Shown here in pieces: positions 48,810 to 58,971 of a stretch of DNA of 64,000 bases. A program made the position numbers and the translations under genes. Numbering within the stretch: the first letter of the stretch is position 1; the number at the start of each line of letters is the position of its first letter. Source of the DNA: an uncultured bacterium (GTDB taxonomy: Bacteria > Bacteroidota > Ignavibacteria > Kapaibacteriales > UBA2268); contig CALLXS010000054.1 of NCBI GenBank assembly GCA_937875295.1, positions 2,777 through 66,776 on the forward strand. Direction: 5' to 3'. The notes under the pieces are model-generated. The model did not search any database. It was not told the DNA's origin and saw only the letters and a program-made list of their open reading frames with translations.

Positions 48810-51008
48810 TTATTTACTAATTATCAATTTATTAAAAGTGCTTTTATTATTTATTGTAGTTTTCAAGAAATATGCACCATTTGATATAGATTGAGTCAAC
48901 AAAGTCTTATGTAAAATACCACTCTGAGAATATCCAGAATATATTTGCATAATTTCATTACCAAAAATATCACAAATTGCAATTTCTATATGAGAAGATT
49001 TTTCTAATATAATTTCTAAAACAGCTTCATTCGTTGTAATTGGATTAGTATATTTTAATTCAAAAGAATTTTGCAAATTGGATACATTTACTGGTCTAAA
49101 AATATTATATAAATTTAATTTTCCCCAACCCCATAATTCATTTGGTACTTCTTTTGTTTCATTATCTTTGGTAGCACCATTTTTCAATAATTCAATGGTT
49201 TCTTGTGGAGTTAAATTATTATTTTGAGATAATAAAATTGCAACTGCTCCAGTTACTACAGGTGAACTCATAGATGTACCATTTAAACAAGCATAAGGAT
49301 AACTATTACCGTTTTTTTCAATTACCGCAGTTACAAGTAGTCTACTTTGTCCATTATCGCTATATTCACTATCAAAAGAACTTACTGCAGAGGAAATACA
49401 CATTCCCGGGGCAACTATATCTGGTTTTACTCTATTATCAACACTTGGTCCGTGACTTGAGAAGGAAGCTAAACCTCCAGATTTCCCACCTGATTTTATA
49501 GTCATTCCTCTATAATTCATATAACTCGTCTTTGATGTAAATGCTCCTACAGCTATAGCACTTTTAGTAGAAGAAAAGTCAGAAATGGTAGAATTCGTGT
49601 TTCCTTCATCTTCAATCCCTCTATATCTAAAAAATGAACTTTCGATACCATAATAATCTACTAAATACCAATTCCACATATTAATTTTTCCTTCATCGGC
49701 TTTGGCAGAGATTCTAAATAAAAATTTATTATTGCACTTTGCATCAACAAAGGCGTGAGGTTTGTTATTAAAAGGACTTTTGTTAAGAAAAATACTAATC
49801 TCGCAAGTATCATTACCTTCGACAAATAAATGATTAATAATTGTATCGATAGCAGTACTATGATATTCAGTTTGATATTTTGCTTTTAATGAATTTCTAT
49901 CTACAATTTCAAAATTAAATTCAAATGGTTTGTCCTCTTCGCCCCAAGCATCTATCCAAATTCCATTTTTTGTTTGTTGAGAATTATAATAATTATTAAT
50001 ATTTGTAATAAGTGGTGCATCTTGAGTAAGATTTTTGTCAATATGGAGTTTTGTATTGCCATCATTTCCAGCAGAAAGAACAAAGATTTTTCCTTTTCCT
50101 GTCAATCCATCAATAGCTTGAGAAAAAAGTGAAGTACCATCATGAGGTCCTATTTGCCCACCCCAACTTAAATTAACTACTGCTGGCTTGCCAATTGATT
50201 CAGCATATTTAAAGATATAATTCACACCATCTACAATATCGCTTGCCCCGGTATTTTTCCATTGTTCTTGTGATGGTGGAGTGAGTGAGACAATTACCAA
50301 CTCTGACTTTTTTGCAATTCCAATGCTTTGCTCTGCAGTTTCGACATTTTGCCCTACAGCTATTCCGGCTACATGAGTACCATGAGACCCGGCTCTCGTA
50401 TCAGATTTTGCTTGCAGAATTTGATTGCTACCTACTAATTCTCTTCCATAGGAGAAGCCTTCAGGATGCTTTCCAGAAGTCCCTTGCTCCCAAACTCTTG
50501 TAATAATTAAAGTGCTGTCAAGTGGATTCACAAAAGCAGGATGAGTATAATCGAAACCTGCATCGATAATCCCAACTACTACTCCTTCGCCATTATATGC
50601 TTTAGGCAAATCTTTACCTTCGATTACTTCTTGTATGTGAGTAATAATTTTAGCGCTATCTAAAGTGGGCGATGCGTAATTTCCTGTCTCGATATAAACT
50701 ATGCCAGGTAATTGAATAAATTCAATATATTTATCGAAACTTACTCTCACTGTAGCTATTCCAGCTACAACTGTTGAAAATTTTGCTCCTATTGCTTTAG
50801 CTTTTTCAAAGTCAAAGTCATTATTTAATTTGCAAATAATCGATATATCATAATCATTTGCCAACAATTTATTTGCTTCTTTTGATTCAGATTGCAAAGT
50901 TTTGAATAATTTATATGCTTCTGGAGAAAACTTAGAATTTGCATTTGCAATAATATTACTCATCATCATCAGAGCAATAACTAATATTATTTGTAATTTT
51001 CTTTTCAT
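48810..51008 (-). CDS. Subtilisin-like S8 serine peptidase with T9SS C-terminal sorting domain
   Basis: Catalytic triad motifs VGIIDAGFD (Asp), GSHGTHVAG (His) and GTSMSSP (Ser). Signal peptide. C-terminal domain ..NGAYFLKTTINNKSTFNKLIISK. Confidence 0.85.
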   Translation of the reverse strand: MKRKLQIILVIALMMMSNIIANANSKFSPEAYKLFKTLQSESKEANKLLANDYDISIICKLNNDFDFEKAKAIGAKFSTVVAGIATVRVSFDKYIEFIQLPGIVYIETGNYASPTLDSAKIITHIQEVIEGKDLPKAYNGEGVVVGIIDAGFDYTHPAFVNPLDSTLIITRVWEQGTSGKHPEGFSYGRELVGSNQILQAKSDTRAGSHGTHVAGIAVGQNVETAEQSIGIAKKSELVIVSLTPPSQEQWKNTGASDIVDGVNYIFKYAESIGKPAVVNLSWGGQIGPHDGTSLFSQAIDGLTGKGKIFVLSAGNDGNTKLHIDKNLTQDAPLITNINNYYNSQQTKNGIWIDAWGEEDKPFEFNFEIVDRNSLKAKYQTEYHSTAIDTIINHLFVEGNDTCEISIFLNKSPFNNKPHAFVDAKCNNKFLFRISAKADEGKINMWNWYLVDYYGIESSFFRYRGIEDEGNTNSTISDFSSTKSAIAVGAFTSKTSYMNYRGMTIKSGGKSGGLASFSSHGPSVDNRVKPDIVAPGMCISSAVSSFDSEYSDNGQSRLLVTAVIEKNGNSYPYACLNGTSMSSPVVTGAVAILLSQNNNLTPQETIELLKNGATKDNETKEVPNELWGWGKLNLYNIFRPVNVSNLQNSFELKYTNPITTNEAVLEIILEKSSHIEIAICDIFGNEIMQIYSGYSQSGILHKTLLTQSISNGAYFLKTTINNKSTFNKLIISK

Positions 51009-51240
51009 TGCACTTTAACCTTTATTATTTATTTGTTTAGTTCAGATTCTATATTTAAACTTAATATACTATGCAAAAATAATAAAATTGATCAATATTG
51101 TAATAGTTAAATAAAAAACATCTTATTATTTTTTTTTGCAAAATTGTAAATTATTCTATTATTTATTAATAAGCATAATTATATAAAATTGTGTATTTTT
51201 GTAGTTTGATAATAATTATAATATTAAATAGAAAATAATA

Positions 51241-52179
51241 ATGGCAAGAGTTTTAATTACTGGTGGTGCAGGATTTTTAGGTTCGCATTTATGCGATAAA
51301 TTTATAAAAGAAAATTATGAAGTGATTTGTATGGATAATTTCCTTACAGGTACAGCAGAAAATATTTCGCATTTACTCGGCAATCCTAATTTCACTCTAA
51401 TTCAATATAATGTCAGCAATTACATTCATATCACTGGCGAATTAGATTATATCCTTCATTTTGCTTCTCCGGCATCTCCTTTCGATTATCTTAAATATCC
51501 TATTCAAACTCTTAAAGTCGGCTCGCTTGGCACGATGAATTGTCTAGGATTAGCCAAAGCAAAAAATGCTCGCTTTCTATTAGCTTCTACGAGCGAAGTG
51601 TATGGTGATCCACTAATTCATCCACAATATGAAGGATATTGGGGAAATGTAAATCCAATTGGTATACGTGGTGTATATGATGAAGCTAAACGCTTTGCTG
51701 AAGCTATCACAATGGCATATTATAGGTATCATAATGTAGATACTCGAATCGTTAGAATATTTAATACTTACGGTCCAAGGATGAGAATTAATGATGGTCG
51801 TGCTATACCAGCTTTTATTTCTCAAGCCTTAAATAATGAAGATGTTACTGTATTTGGTGATGGATCTCAGACGCGTTCTGTATGCTATGTAGATGATTTA
51901 GTAGAAGGAATTTATAAACTTTTACTCAGCGATGAAATTGAACCTGTAAATATAGGCAATCCAAGTGAAATTACTATGCTCGACTTAGCTAAAGAAATTA
52001 TAGAATTAACTAACTCAAAAAGCAAGATCGTCTATAATGATTTACCTCAAGATGACCCAAAAGTTCGCAAACCTGATACAACAAAAGCTAAAACTTTATT
52101 GAATTGGTCTGCAAAAGTAGATAGGAAAATCGGATTACAGAAAACTATTGATGATTTTCGAAAAAGATTAGGAAAATAA
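51241..52179 (+). CDS. UDP-glucuronate decarboxylase (UXS-type short-chain dehydratase)
   Basis: Rossmann motif [10 protein letters not shown] and a YxxxK region (YDEAKR). Sequence strongly resembles UDP-xylose synthases. Confidence 0.8.
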   Translation: MARVLITGGAGFLGSHLCDKFIKENYEVICMDNFLTGTAENISHLLGNPNFTLIQYNVSNYIHITGELDYILHFASPASPFDYLKYPIQTLKVGSLGTMNCLGLAKAKNARFLLASTSEVYGDPLIHPQYEGYWGNVNPIGIRGVYDEAKRFAEAITMAYYRYHNVDTRIVRIFNTYGPRMRINDGRAIPAFISQALNNEDVTVFGDGSQTRSVCYVDDLVEGIYKLLLSDEIEPVNIGNPSEITMLDLAKEIIELTNSKSKIVYNDLPQDDPKVRKPDTTKAKTLLNWSAKVDRKIGLQKTIDDFRKRLGK

Positions 52180-52324
52180 AATCAAATTATTGTTAGCAAA
52201 CTGAATTTTAAAATTCTTTTTTGCATTAAATTAATTATTTGTTAGAAATAATAAATTTTAATCTTATAATAACGACGGCTTAATTCCGTTTCAAATTAAA
52301 TAAAAATTAAACTTAGATAAATGT

Positions 52325-53320
52325 ATGGAAAATAATACCTATAAAGCAGCTGGAGTCGATATCCAAGCTGGCGAAGAAACTGTAAAACGAATTAAACCAA
52401 TGGTTAGGTCTACTTTTTCTGAAAAAGTTCTAGCAGATATTGGACTATTTGGTGGACTCTATGACGCTAAATTCGAAGATTATAAGCACCCTATCCTATG
52501 CTCCTCTACTGATGGTGTTGGTACAAAGCTTAAAGTTGCTTTTTTAGCTAATAGGCACAATACCGTTGGGCAAGATTTAGTGAATCATTGTGTAAATGAT
52601 ATTCTATGTTGCGGTGCAAAACCACTTTTCTTTTTAGATTATTTCGGTTGCGGCGAGCTTGATCCTGATGTTGCTGAGCAGGTAATAAGTGGATTTGTAA
52701 AAGCATGCAGAGAAAATTCAACTGCCCTAATAGGTGGCGAAACAGCTGAAATGCCTTCTATGTATCAAAAAGGAGAATATGATTTATCCGGCACTATAGT
52801 AGGAGTAGTAGAAAAGGACAAAATATTAAATGGTAGCAGGGTAGAATCCGGAAATGTTTTAATCGGTATACCTACTAATGGTTTGCAAACAAATGGTTAT
52901 TCGCTTGCTAGGAAAGTCCTTTTAGAAAAATATAAAGTAAATGACTTTATACAAGAAATTAATTCAACTATTGCAGATGCTCTTCTTGCAGTACACCCAT
53001 CATTTTTGCATTTAGTTATGCCACTTTTAGATAAAGATATAATTAATGGAGTTTCGCATATCACAGGAGGAGGTATAGTAGGCAATACAAATCGCATCTT
53101 AAGAAAAGATACTCTATCTTTACAAATTGATTGGAATGCATGGGAAACATTGCCTATTTTTAAATTAATACAAAATACAGGAAAAATTTCCGATGAAGAA
53201 ATGAGATATGTATTTAATTTAGGAATTGGAATGGTGCTTTGTGTTGATAAAAATCATACTGACGAGGTTCTAAAGAGTTTAGCAAATGCAAAAGCTAAAA
53301 TAATTGGTGAAGTAAAATAA
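52325..53320 (+). CDS. purM: Phosphoribosylformylglycinamidine cyclo-ligase
   Basis: AIR synthetase blocks YKAAGVDI, DGVGTKLK and HITGGG; 331 aa. Confidence 0.9.
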   Translation: MENNTYKAAGVDIQAGEETVKRIKPMVRSTFSEKVLADIGLFGGLYDAKFEDYKHPILCSSTDGVGTKLKVAFLANRHNTVGQDLVNHCVNDILCCGAKPLFFLDYFGCGELDPDVAEQVISGFVKACRENSTALIGGETAEMPSMYQKGEYDLSGTIVGVVEKDKILNGSRVESGNVLIGIPTNGLQTNGYSLARKVLLEKYKVNDFIQEINSTIADALLAVHPSFLHLVMPLLDKDIINGVSHITGGGIVGNTNRILRKDTLSLQIDWNAWETLPIFKLIQNTGKISDEEMRYVFNLGIGMVLCVDKNHTDEVLKSLANAKAKIIGEVK

Positions 53321-53354
53321 ATTTTTTAAATAAATTAACAGAAAAAAGAATAAA

Positions 53355-54014
53355 ATGGAATTATATTTAGATACAGCAAATATAGAGCATATTAAAGAAG
53401 TAGCAGCTCTTGGGTTTATTAGCGGAGTAACCACTAATCCCTCACTTTTAGCAAAAGAAGACCCGAAAATTGATATTAAAAAGAGGATCTTGGAGATACA
53501 TCAATTAGTTGGTGGACATTTGTCTGTGGAAGTTAATTCTCTCGATACAAATGGAATGCTTAAAGAAGCTGACGAAATTATTTCATGGTTCCCGGAAGCT
53601 ACTATTAAAATCCCAATGATTCCTGCAGGGCTTGCTGCCACTAAGGAGCTATATAAGAAAGATATTCCGACTAATGTAACACTTATTTTTAGTCCTACTC
53701 AAGCTCTTGCTGCTGCTAATGCTGGTGCAACTTATGTGTCAGTATTTATGGGTAGATTAGATGATATTGCTGTCGATAGTTATGCAGTACTTAACGAAAT
53801 TGGTGAGATTTGGGAGAAACAATGTTTAGATTCCTCAATAATTGCTGCCTCTATTCGACATCCTTTGCATATTATCCAAGCTGCAAAAGCTGGAGCAGAT
53901 ATTTCTACAGTACCATATAAAGTATTAATGCAATCTCTTCAGCATCCTCTTACTGATAAAGGGGTAGATGCATTTGTAGCAGATTATCAAAAAATGATGT
54001 CTATGAAAAAGTAG
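53355..54014 (+). CDS. Fructose-6-phosphate aldolase/transaldolase (TalC/FsaA subfamily)
   Basis: MELYLDTANIEHI..., the catalytic Lys region TIKIP, 219 aa, typical of short transaldolases. Confidence 0.8.
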   Translation: MELYLDTANIEHIKEVAALGFISGVTTNPSLLAKEDPKIDIKKRILEIHQLVGGHLSVEVNSLDTNGMLKEADEIISWFPEATIKIPMIPAGLAATKELYKKDIPTNVTLIFSPTQALAAANAGATYVSVFMGRLDDIAVDSYAVLNEIGEIWEKQCLDSSIIAASIRHPLHIIQAAKAGADISTVPYKVLMQSLQHPLTDKGVDAFVADYQKMMSMKK

Positions 54015-54037
54015 AGATAAATAAGAAATTAATTGAA

Positions 54038-54082
54038 ATAGGCTGTCCCAAGTATTTTGGAGCAGCCTATTATTATTTTTGG
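54038..54082. terminator. Hairpin plus T-run between the convergent transaldolase and hutU genes
   Basis: ataggctg...cagcctat stem followed by tattatttttgg. Confidence 0.5.
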
Positions 54083-54192
54083 ATTATTGAATAATGATTA
54101 TAATTGAATAAAGATTTATTTTATATACATTATATCAAATTTTAAAAAAAAGATTTCTACGCAAGGAAAAAACCTAGCAATAGAAAGAAAAT

Positions 54193-55842
54193 CTATTTCA
54201 TCATTGGAATTTTAATTCCGAATTTTTTAGCATTTTCTATAGCTCTTTCATATCCAGCATCAGAGTGTCTTATTATTCCCATTAACGGATCATAAGTCAA
54301 TACTCTGCTAAGACGTGTATTTGCTTCATCAGAGCCGTCTGCTACTACTACCATACCAGCGTGAAGAGACATTCCCATTCCGACTCCTCCTCCATGATGT
54401 AAAGATACCCATGAAGCTCCACCTAAAGTGTTTAATGCAAAATTAAAATAAACCCAATCTGCAATTGCATCAGAACCATCTTTCATTGATTCAGTTTCTC
54501 TGTGCGGTGATGCTACAGAACCGCAATCTAAATGATCTCGTCCAATTACTATAGGAGCTGATACTTTACCAGTTTTAACTAATTCATTGAATTTTAGACC
54601 AGCTTTCATTCTATCACCATATCCGAGCCAACAAATTCTTGATGGTAGAGCCTGATAACCTATTCTACTTTGTGCATTTTTAATCCATCGGTGCAAAGGT
54701 TCATCATTAGGGAATAATTCCATTACAGCATCATCAGTTACTTTTATGTCTGCAGGATCTCCAGAGAGAGCTACCCAACGGAAAGGACCTTTTCCGTCGC
54801 AGAATAATGGACGAATATAGGCAGGGACGAATCCAGGGAAATCAAAGGCATTTTGAACATTAGCATATTCTTTAGCAATGCCTCTAATATTATTTCCATA
54901 ATCAAAAGTAATTGCACCACGTTTTTGCATTTCGAGCATAGCTTGTACGTGAATACCAATTGATTTATATGATTCTTCTAAATATTTTTCGGGATTATTT
55001 ATTCTTAATTCGTCAGCTTCAGCTTTAGTATATCCAGCTGGATAATAACCATTTAATGGGTCGTGTGATGAAGTTTGATCAGTAAGAACATCTGGAATAA
55101 TATTTCTACGAATTAATTCAGGTAATACTTCTGCAGTATTTCCAATTAATCCAATTGCAACAGCTTTTTTCTCTTTTTTGTATTGTTCGACTAATTCGAG
55201 TGCTTTGTCTAAATTATCGACTTTCAGATCGCAATATCCATCGTGAATGCGTTTATCGATACGAGTTTCGTCGATTTCTACAGTTATTGATACAGCTCCA
55301 GCGAAGGTTGCAGCAAGAGGTTGAGCTCCACCCATTCCGCCCATTCCGCCAGTAAGTAAGAATTTTCCACATAAATCACCACCGAAATATTGTCTTGCTA
55401 CTTCAGCAAAAGTTTCGTAAGTACCTTGCACGATTCCCTGAGTACCGATATAAATCCAAGAGCCTGCGGTCATTTGACCATACATAATTAATCCTAAAGC
55501 ATCAAGTCGGCGGAATTCTTCCCATGTAGCCCATTTAGGTACTAAATTTGAATTTGCAATAATCACACGTGGGGCAGCTGTATATGTGGGGACTACAGCA
55601 ACAGGTTTGCCAGATTGCACTAATAATGTCTCGTCCGGCTCTAAGTTAATTAGTGAGTCAATTATTGCGTCGTAGCATTCCCAATTTCTTGCAGCTTTGC
55701 CTAAGCCACCATATACGATTAATTGTTCGGGTTTTTCAGCATTTTCCGGGTCAAGGTTGTGCTGAATCATTCTATAAGCGGCTTCAATTTGCCAATTTTT
55801 ACATTTTAAATTAGTGCCTCGAGGCACTTTTACAGTACGCAT
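54193..55842 (-). CDS. hutU: Urocanate hydratase
   Basis: Strong family match across the whole protein (NAD-binding [11 protein letters not shown] region, 549 aa). Confidence 0.9.
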   Translation of the reverse strand: MRTVKVPRGTNLKCKNWQIEAAYRMIQHNLDPENAEKPEQLIVYGGLGKAARNWECYDAIIDSLINLEPDETLLVQSGKPVAVVPTYTAAPRVIIANSNLVPKWATWEEFRRLDALGLIMYGQMTAGSWIYIGTQGIVQGTYETFAEVARQYFGGDLCGKFLLTGGMGGMGGAQPLAATFAGAVSITVEIDETRIDKRIHDGYCDLKVDNLDKALELVEQYKKEKKAVAIGLIGNTAEVLPELIRRNIIPDVLTDQTSSHDPLNGYYPAGYTKAEADELRINNPEKYLEESYKSIGIHVQAMLEMQKRGAITFDYGNNIRGIAKEYANVQNAFDFPGFVPAYIRPLFCDGKGPFRWVALSGDPADIKVTDDAVMELFPNDEPLHRWIKNAQSRIGYQALPSRICWLGYGDRMKAGLKFNELVKTGKVSAPIVIGRDHLDCGSVASPHRETESMKDGSDAIADWVYFNFALNTLGGASWVSLHHGGGVGMGMSLHAGMVVVADGSDEANTRLSRVLTYDPLMGIIRHSDAGYERAIENAKKFGIKIPMMK

Positions 55843-55977
55843 TGCTTTATATTACCTTAGTTAATATTTATATAATGTTATTATTTTTTGTTTAGAATAT
55901 ATTATTGATAATTTAAGAAAATCTTATTATATAATGCAAAATTACGGAAAAAGTAGGAGAAATGATAATCATAATAA

Positions 55978-56598
55978 TTATTTAATTATTTCGCCATTTT
56001 CATAACTCCAGAATAGTAAATCGAGTTCATCGATAGGGATATCAATATCTTTTGCAAAATCATTGAATATTTTCTCAGTTTCTAAATAATTATTTTTAGT
56101 ATTTATTTGTGGTAATTTTTTAAAAATTCCATTATTTACCAAATTTTTCAAGATATGTCTATCTAATATAGCTAATCCTTCGTAACCTATATTTCTCATA
56201 AAATGTGAGGCTTCTTTCATTCCGAAACCATTTACAACTTTTTGCAAGGTATTTCTTTTTTCAATTGTACTAAAATTAGAATCAAGAATTGCTAAAACAT
56301 CTGGAAAATAATCAATAGCTTTGATTAGTCTTTCTGACTTTTGATTATGAAATCGAATATAATGCAAAGGGGAATTTAATAGCTCTACTGGATTAAACCT
56401 TTTATTATAAAAATCAAGTGATTGTAATTTGTTTTGTACTTGTAAAGCAGATTTAGCCTTGCTCTGAGGTGTGCAAATACAAAAGCATAATTCATAGAAA
56501 TAATTCTCTCGCTTAATTTGCTTAAATTCAAGCAAACGTAATTTAATTTTATCTTTATTTTTTTGGTAATGCTTAATTAATTCAGGGTCTAATGGCAT
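55978..56598 (-). CDS. Ogg2-type (archaeal/Thermotoga-type) 8-oxoguanine DNA glycosylase/AP lyase
   Basis: About 206 aa with the HhH-GPD-like block GFGMKEASHFMRNIGYEGLAILDRHIL, containing the candidate catalytic Lys and Asp. Confidence 0.55.
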   Translation of the reverse strand: MPLDPELIKHYQKNKDKIKLRLLEFKQIKRENYFYELCFCICTPQSKAKSALQVQNKLQSLDFYNKRFNPVELLNSPLHYIRFHNQKSERLIKAIDYFPDVLAILDSNFSTIEKRNTLQKVVNGFGMKEASHFMRNIGYEGLAILDRHILKNLVNNGIFKKLPQINTKNNYLETEKIFNDFAKDIDIPIDELDLLFWSYENGEIIK

Positions 56599-56698
56599 TT
56601 TCTCTTAAATCTCAGAAATAATATTATTAAATACACGGAAAATTTTTATTTTTATTTTTATACATTAATTTAAATTATTAAATTGCATATTAATAATA

Positions 56699-56712
56699 AT
56701 AATGTACATTAT
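56699..56712. promoter_or_regulatory. 14-bp perfect palindrome ATAATGTACATTAT upstream of the metal-type ABC transporter (candidate Fur/Zur-family operator)
   Basis: The palindrome was verified base by base. It lies about 45 nt upstream of the ATPase N-terminus, in an AT-rich promoter region. Confidence 0.3.
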
Positions 56713-56757
56713 ATTAAATTAAATTAGGTAAATACGATAAATAAAGAGATAAATCAG

Positions 56758-57510
56758 ATAGAAGATATATTAAAAGTACAGAATTTATCACTCAATATTG
56801 ATAATATTCAGATATTAGATAATATTAATTTCACTGCTAAAAGTGGGGAATATATTTCTATAATTGGACAAAATGGTGCTGGAAAATCTACATTAATAAA
56901 AGCAATTGCAGGACTCTATTCTCAATACTCAGGGGAAATAATTGTACTAAATCAAAATGCTAAGCACATTAAAATTAATGAAATTGGTTATGTCCCTCAA
57001 GTAAAATCATTAGATAGAAATTTCCCAGCTAAGCTAATAGAATTAGTTGCCTCCGGCATCACTCGCACTTGGAATTGGAAAATATCAAAAAATAACTTTG
57101 AAAAATCTTTTGAAATATTAAAAAAATTTAATATTGATAGATTATATAATAGAAATTTAAATTCATTATCCGGTGGAGAACTTCAGAGAGGATATTTAGC
57201 TAGAGCTTTAGTGGGCAATCCAAAATTATTATTACTCGATGAACCAGCTTCAGGAGTCGATTCAAATGCAGAATCTGATTTAATTTTAATTTTAGAAGAA
57301 TATAAGCTTAATAATAAAATTGCTATAGTTTCGGTTACTCATGATTGGAATGCTGCATATCACCACTCAGACAAAGTTCTTATGCTTAATATTAAGCAGT
57401 ATTGTTTTGATTCCCCTAAAGTAGCTTTTACAGACGAAAACCTGCGTAAATTATATGGTCACTTAAACCATAAGCACAAAATGCAATTCGGAGGGCAACA
57501 CAATGATTGA
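56758..57510 (+). CDS. ABC transporter ATP-binding protein (ZnuC/MntA-like) with no canonical start codon in frame
   Basis: Walker A GQNGAGKST, signature LSGGELQRGYLARAL, and Walker B LLLLDEP all lie in one open frame from 56728. There is no in-frame ATG, GTG or TTG before 57211. Start proposed at ATA 56758, 9 nt after aaagag. Confidence 0.7.
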   Translation: MEDILKVQNLSLNIDNIQILDNINFTAKSGEYISIIGQNGAGKSTLIKAIAGLYSQYSGEIIVLNQNAKHIKINEIGYVPQVKSLDRNFPAKLIELVASGITRTWNWKISKNNFEKSFEILKKFNIDRLYNRNLNSLSGGELQRGYLARALVGNPKLLLLDEPASGVDSNAESDLILILEEYKLNNKIAIVSVTHDWNAAYHHSDKVLMLNIKQYCFDSPKVAFTDENLRKLYGHLNHKHKMQFGGQHND

Positions 57511-58303
57511 TATTATACTTATGCCATTTATGCTTAGAGCTTTGGGAGCAGGCATTTTAGTTGCGATTATGGGTAGCATTTTAAGTCCATTTATAGTGCA
57601 GAGGAAAATGAGTTTCCTTGGTGATGGTCTAGCTCACGCAGCTTTTGGTGGAGTTGCATTGGGACTATTATTAGGTTTCGAACCACTTTGGATTGCAATA
57701 CCATTCACACTTTTTGTATCTTTAGGAATTTCTTGGGTGAAAGATAATACAAATATTGAACAAGATACTTCTATAGGGATATTTTTTGCAGTATCGGTAG
57801 CTTTAGGTGTAGTATTTCTTTCTTTAAAGCATTCATATACAGTAGATGCTTATTCTTATTTATTTGGCTCTATATTATCAGTATCGCAGTTTGATTTGTT
57901 TATATCGTTAATTATGACAATAATTACATTAATATTAATGTATTTATTTTGGGGATATTGGGCTTATGCTACATTTGATATTGAATTAGCAAAAGCTGAT
58001 AAACTAAATGTAAAGCGTGATGATATGATTTTATCTGCTTTAATTAGTTTAGTAATAGTTTTATCAGTGAAATTAGTCGGAATAGTTCTAATAGCTTCAT
58101 TTTTAGTAATACCAGCAGCATCAGCTAAATTAGTTTCTAAATCATTTTCGCAAATGTGTATTTTATCTGTGATTATTGGAGTAAGTGGTTCAATAATTGG
58201 ATTAATTTTATCTGTTTATTTGGATATGCCATCGGGTGCAATAATCATTCTGGTGCAAGCATTCGTATTTATAATTTTTACAATTTTTAAATTACGCAAA
58301 TAG
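57503..58303 (+). CDS. ABC-3 family metal permease (ZnuB/MntB-like)
   Basis: FLGDGLAHAAFGGVALG motif and 8 predicted TM helices. Overlaps the ATPase stop by 8 nt. Confidence 0.8.
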   Translation: MIDIILMPFMLRALGAGILVAIMGSILSPFIVQRKMSFLGDGLAHAAFGGVALGLLLGFEPLWIAIPFTLFVSLGISWVKDNTNIEQDTSIGIFFAVSVALGVVFLSLKHSYTVDAYSYLFGSILSVSQFDLFISLIMTIITLILMYLFWGYWAYATFDIELAKADKLNVKRDDMILSALISLVIVLSVKLVGIVLIASFLVIPAASAKLVSKSFSQMCILSVIIGVSGSIIGLILSVYLDMPSGAIIILVQAFVFIIFTIFKLRK

Positions 58304-58308
58304 AAAAA

Positions 58309-58971
58309 ATGAGCATAATTTCTGGAATTAAGGGAATATTATATAAAGAATTTAAAAGTGAATTCAGAAGTGCTTTTAATACATCATCTATATTAATATT
58401 TTCGATTATTTCAGTAATTATCATTTATCTTGCTTTAGGAGAATTACTCAATGAACCAAAAGTATTTTCTGGGGTTTATTGGTTAATAATATTTTTTAAT
58501 TCGATGATTACTCTACCAAGGAGTTTTATAAGTGATGAAGAAACTGGTGTAGCCTTATTAATAAAATTAAATTCTGATAGTTTAGGAGTATTATTTGGGA
58601 AATTGATTTATAATTTAATAAATAATCTTTTGATTTCAGTTATAGCTGGGCTATCACTTTGGTTAGCTTCAGGATTATTTATTAATCAAATATTTGAATT
58701 TATAATCGTTATTTTTTTAATTTGCCTCAGTTTTGCGATAGCTTGCACATTGCTCTCAGCTATTATAGCTAAATCATCTAAGCGTGCATCATTATTACCT
58801 ATTCTTGGTTTTCCCATATTAATACCTATTATATATTTAGGTATAGATGCATCTCAATTAGCTATTTCTGGATTACTTGAAAATTACTATGATATATTAT
58901 TTTTGCTTATTTATTCAGCAATATTAATTTCAATTTCTGTAATTTTATTCGATTTTATTTGGGAAGATTAA
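58309..58971 (+). CDS. CcmB-like/ABC-2-type six-helix membrane protein
   Basis: 220 aa, 6 TM helices, with a C-terminal SLLPILGFPILIPIIYLGIDAS block reminiscent of CcmB. Confidence 0.35.
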   Translation: MSIISGIKGILYKEFKSEFRSAFNTSSILIFSIISVIIIYLALGELLNEPKVFSGVYWLIIFFNSMITLPRSFISDEETGVALLIKLNSDSLGVLFGKLIYNLINNLLISVIAGLSLWLASGLFINQIFEFIIVIFLICLSFAIACTLLSAIIAKSSKRASLLPILGFPILIPIIYLGIDASQLAISGLLENYYDILFLLIYSAILISISVILFDFIWED

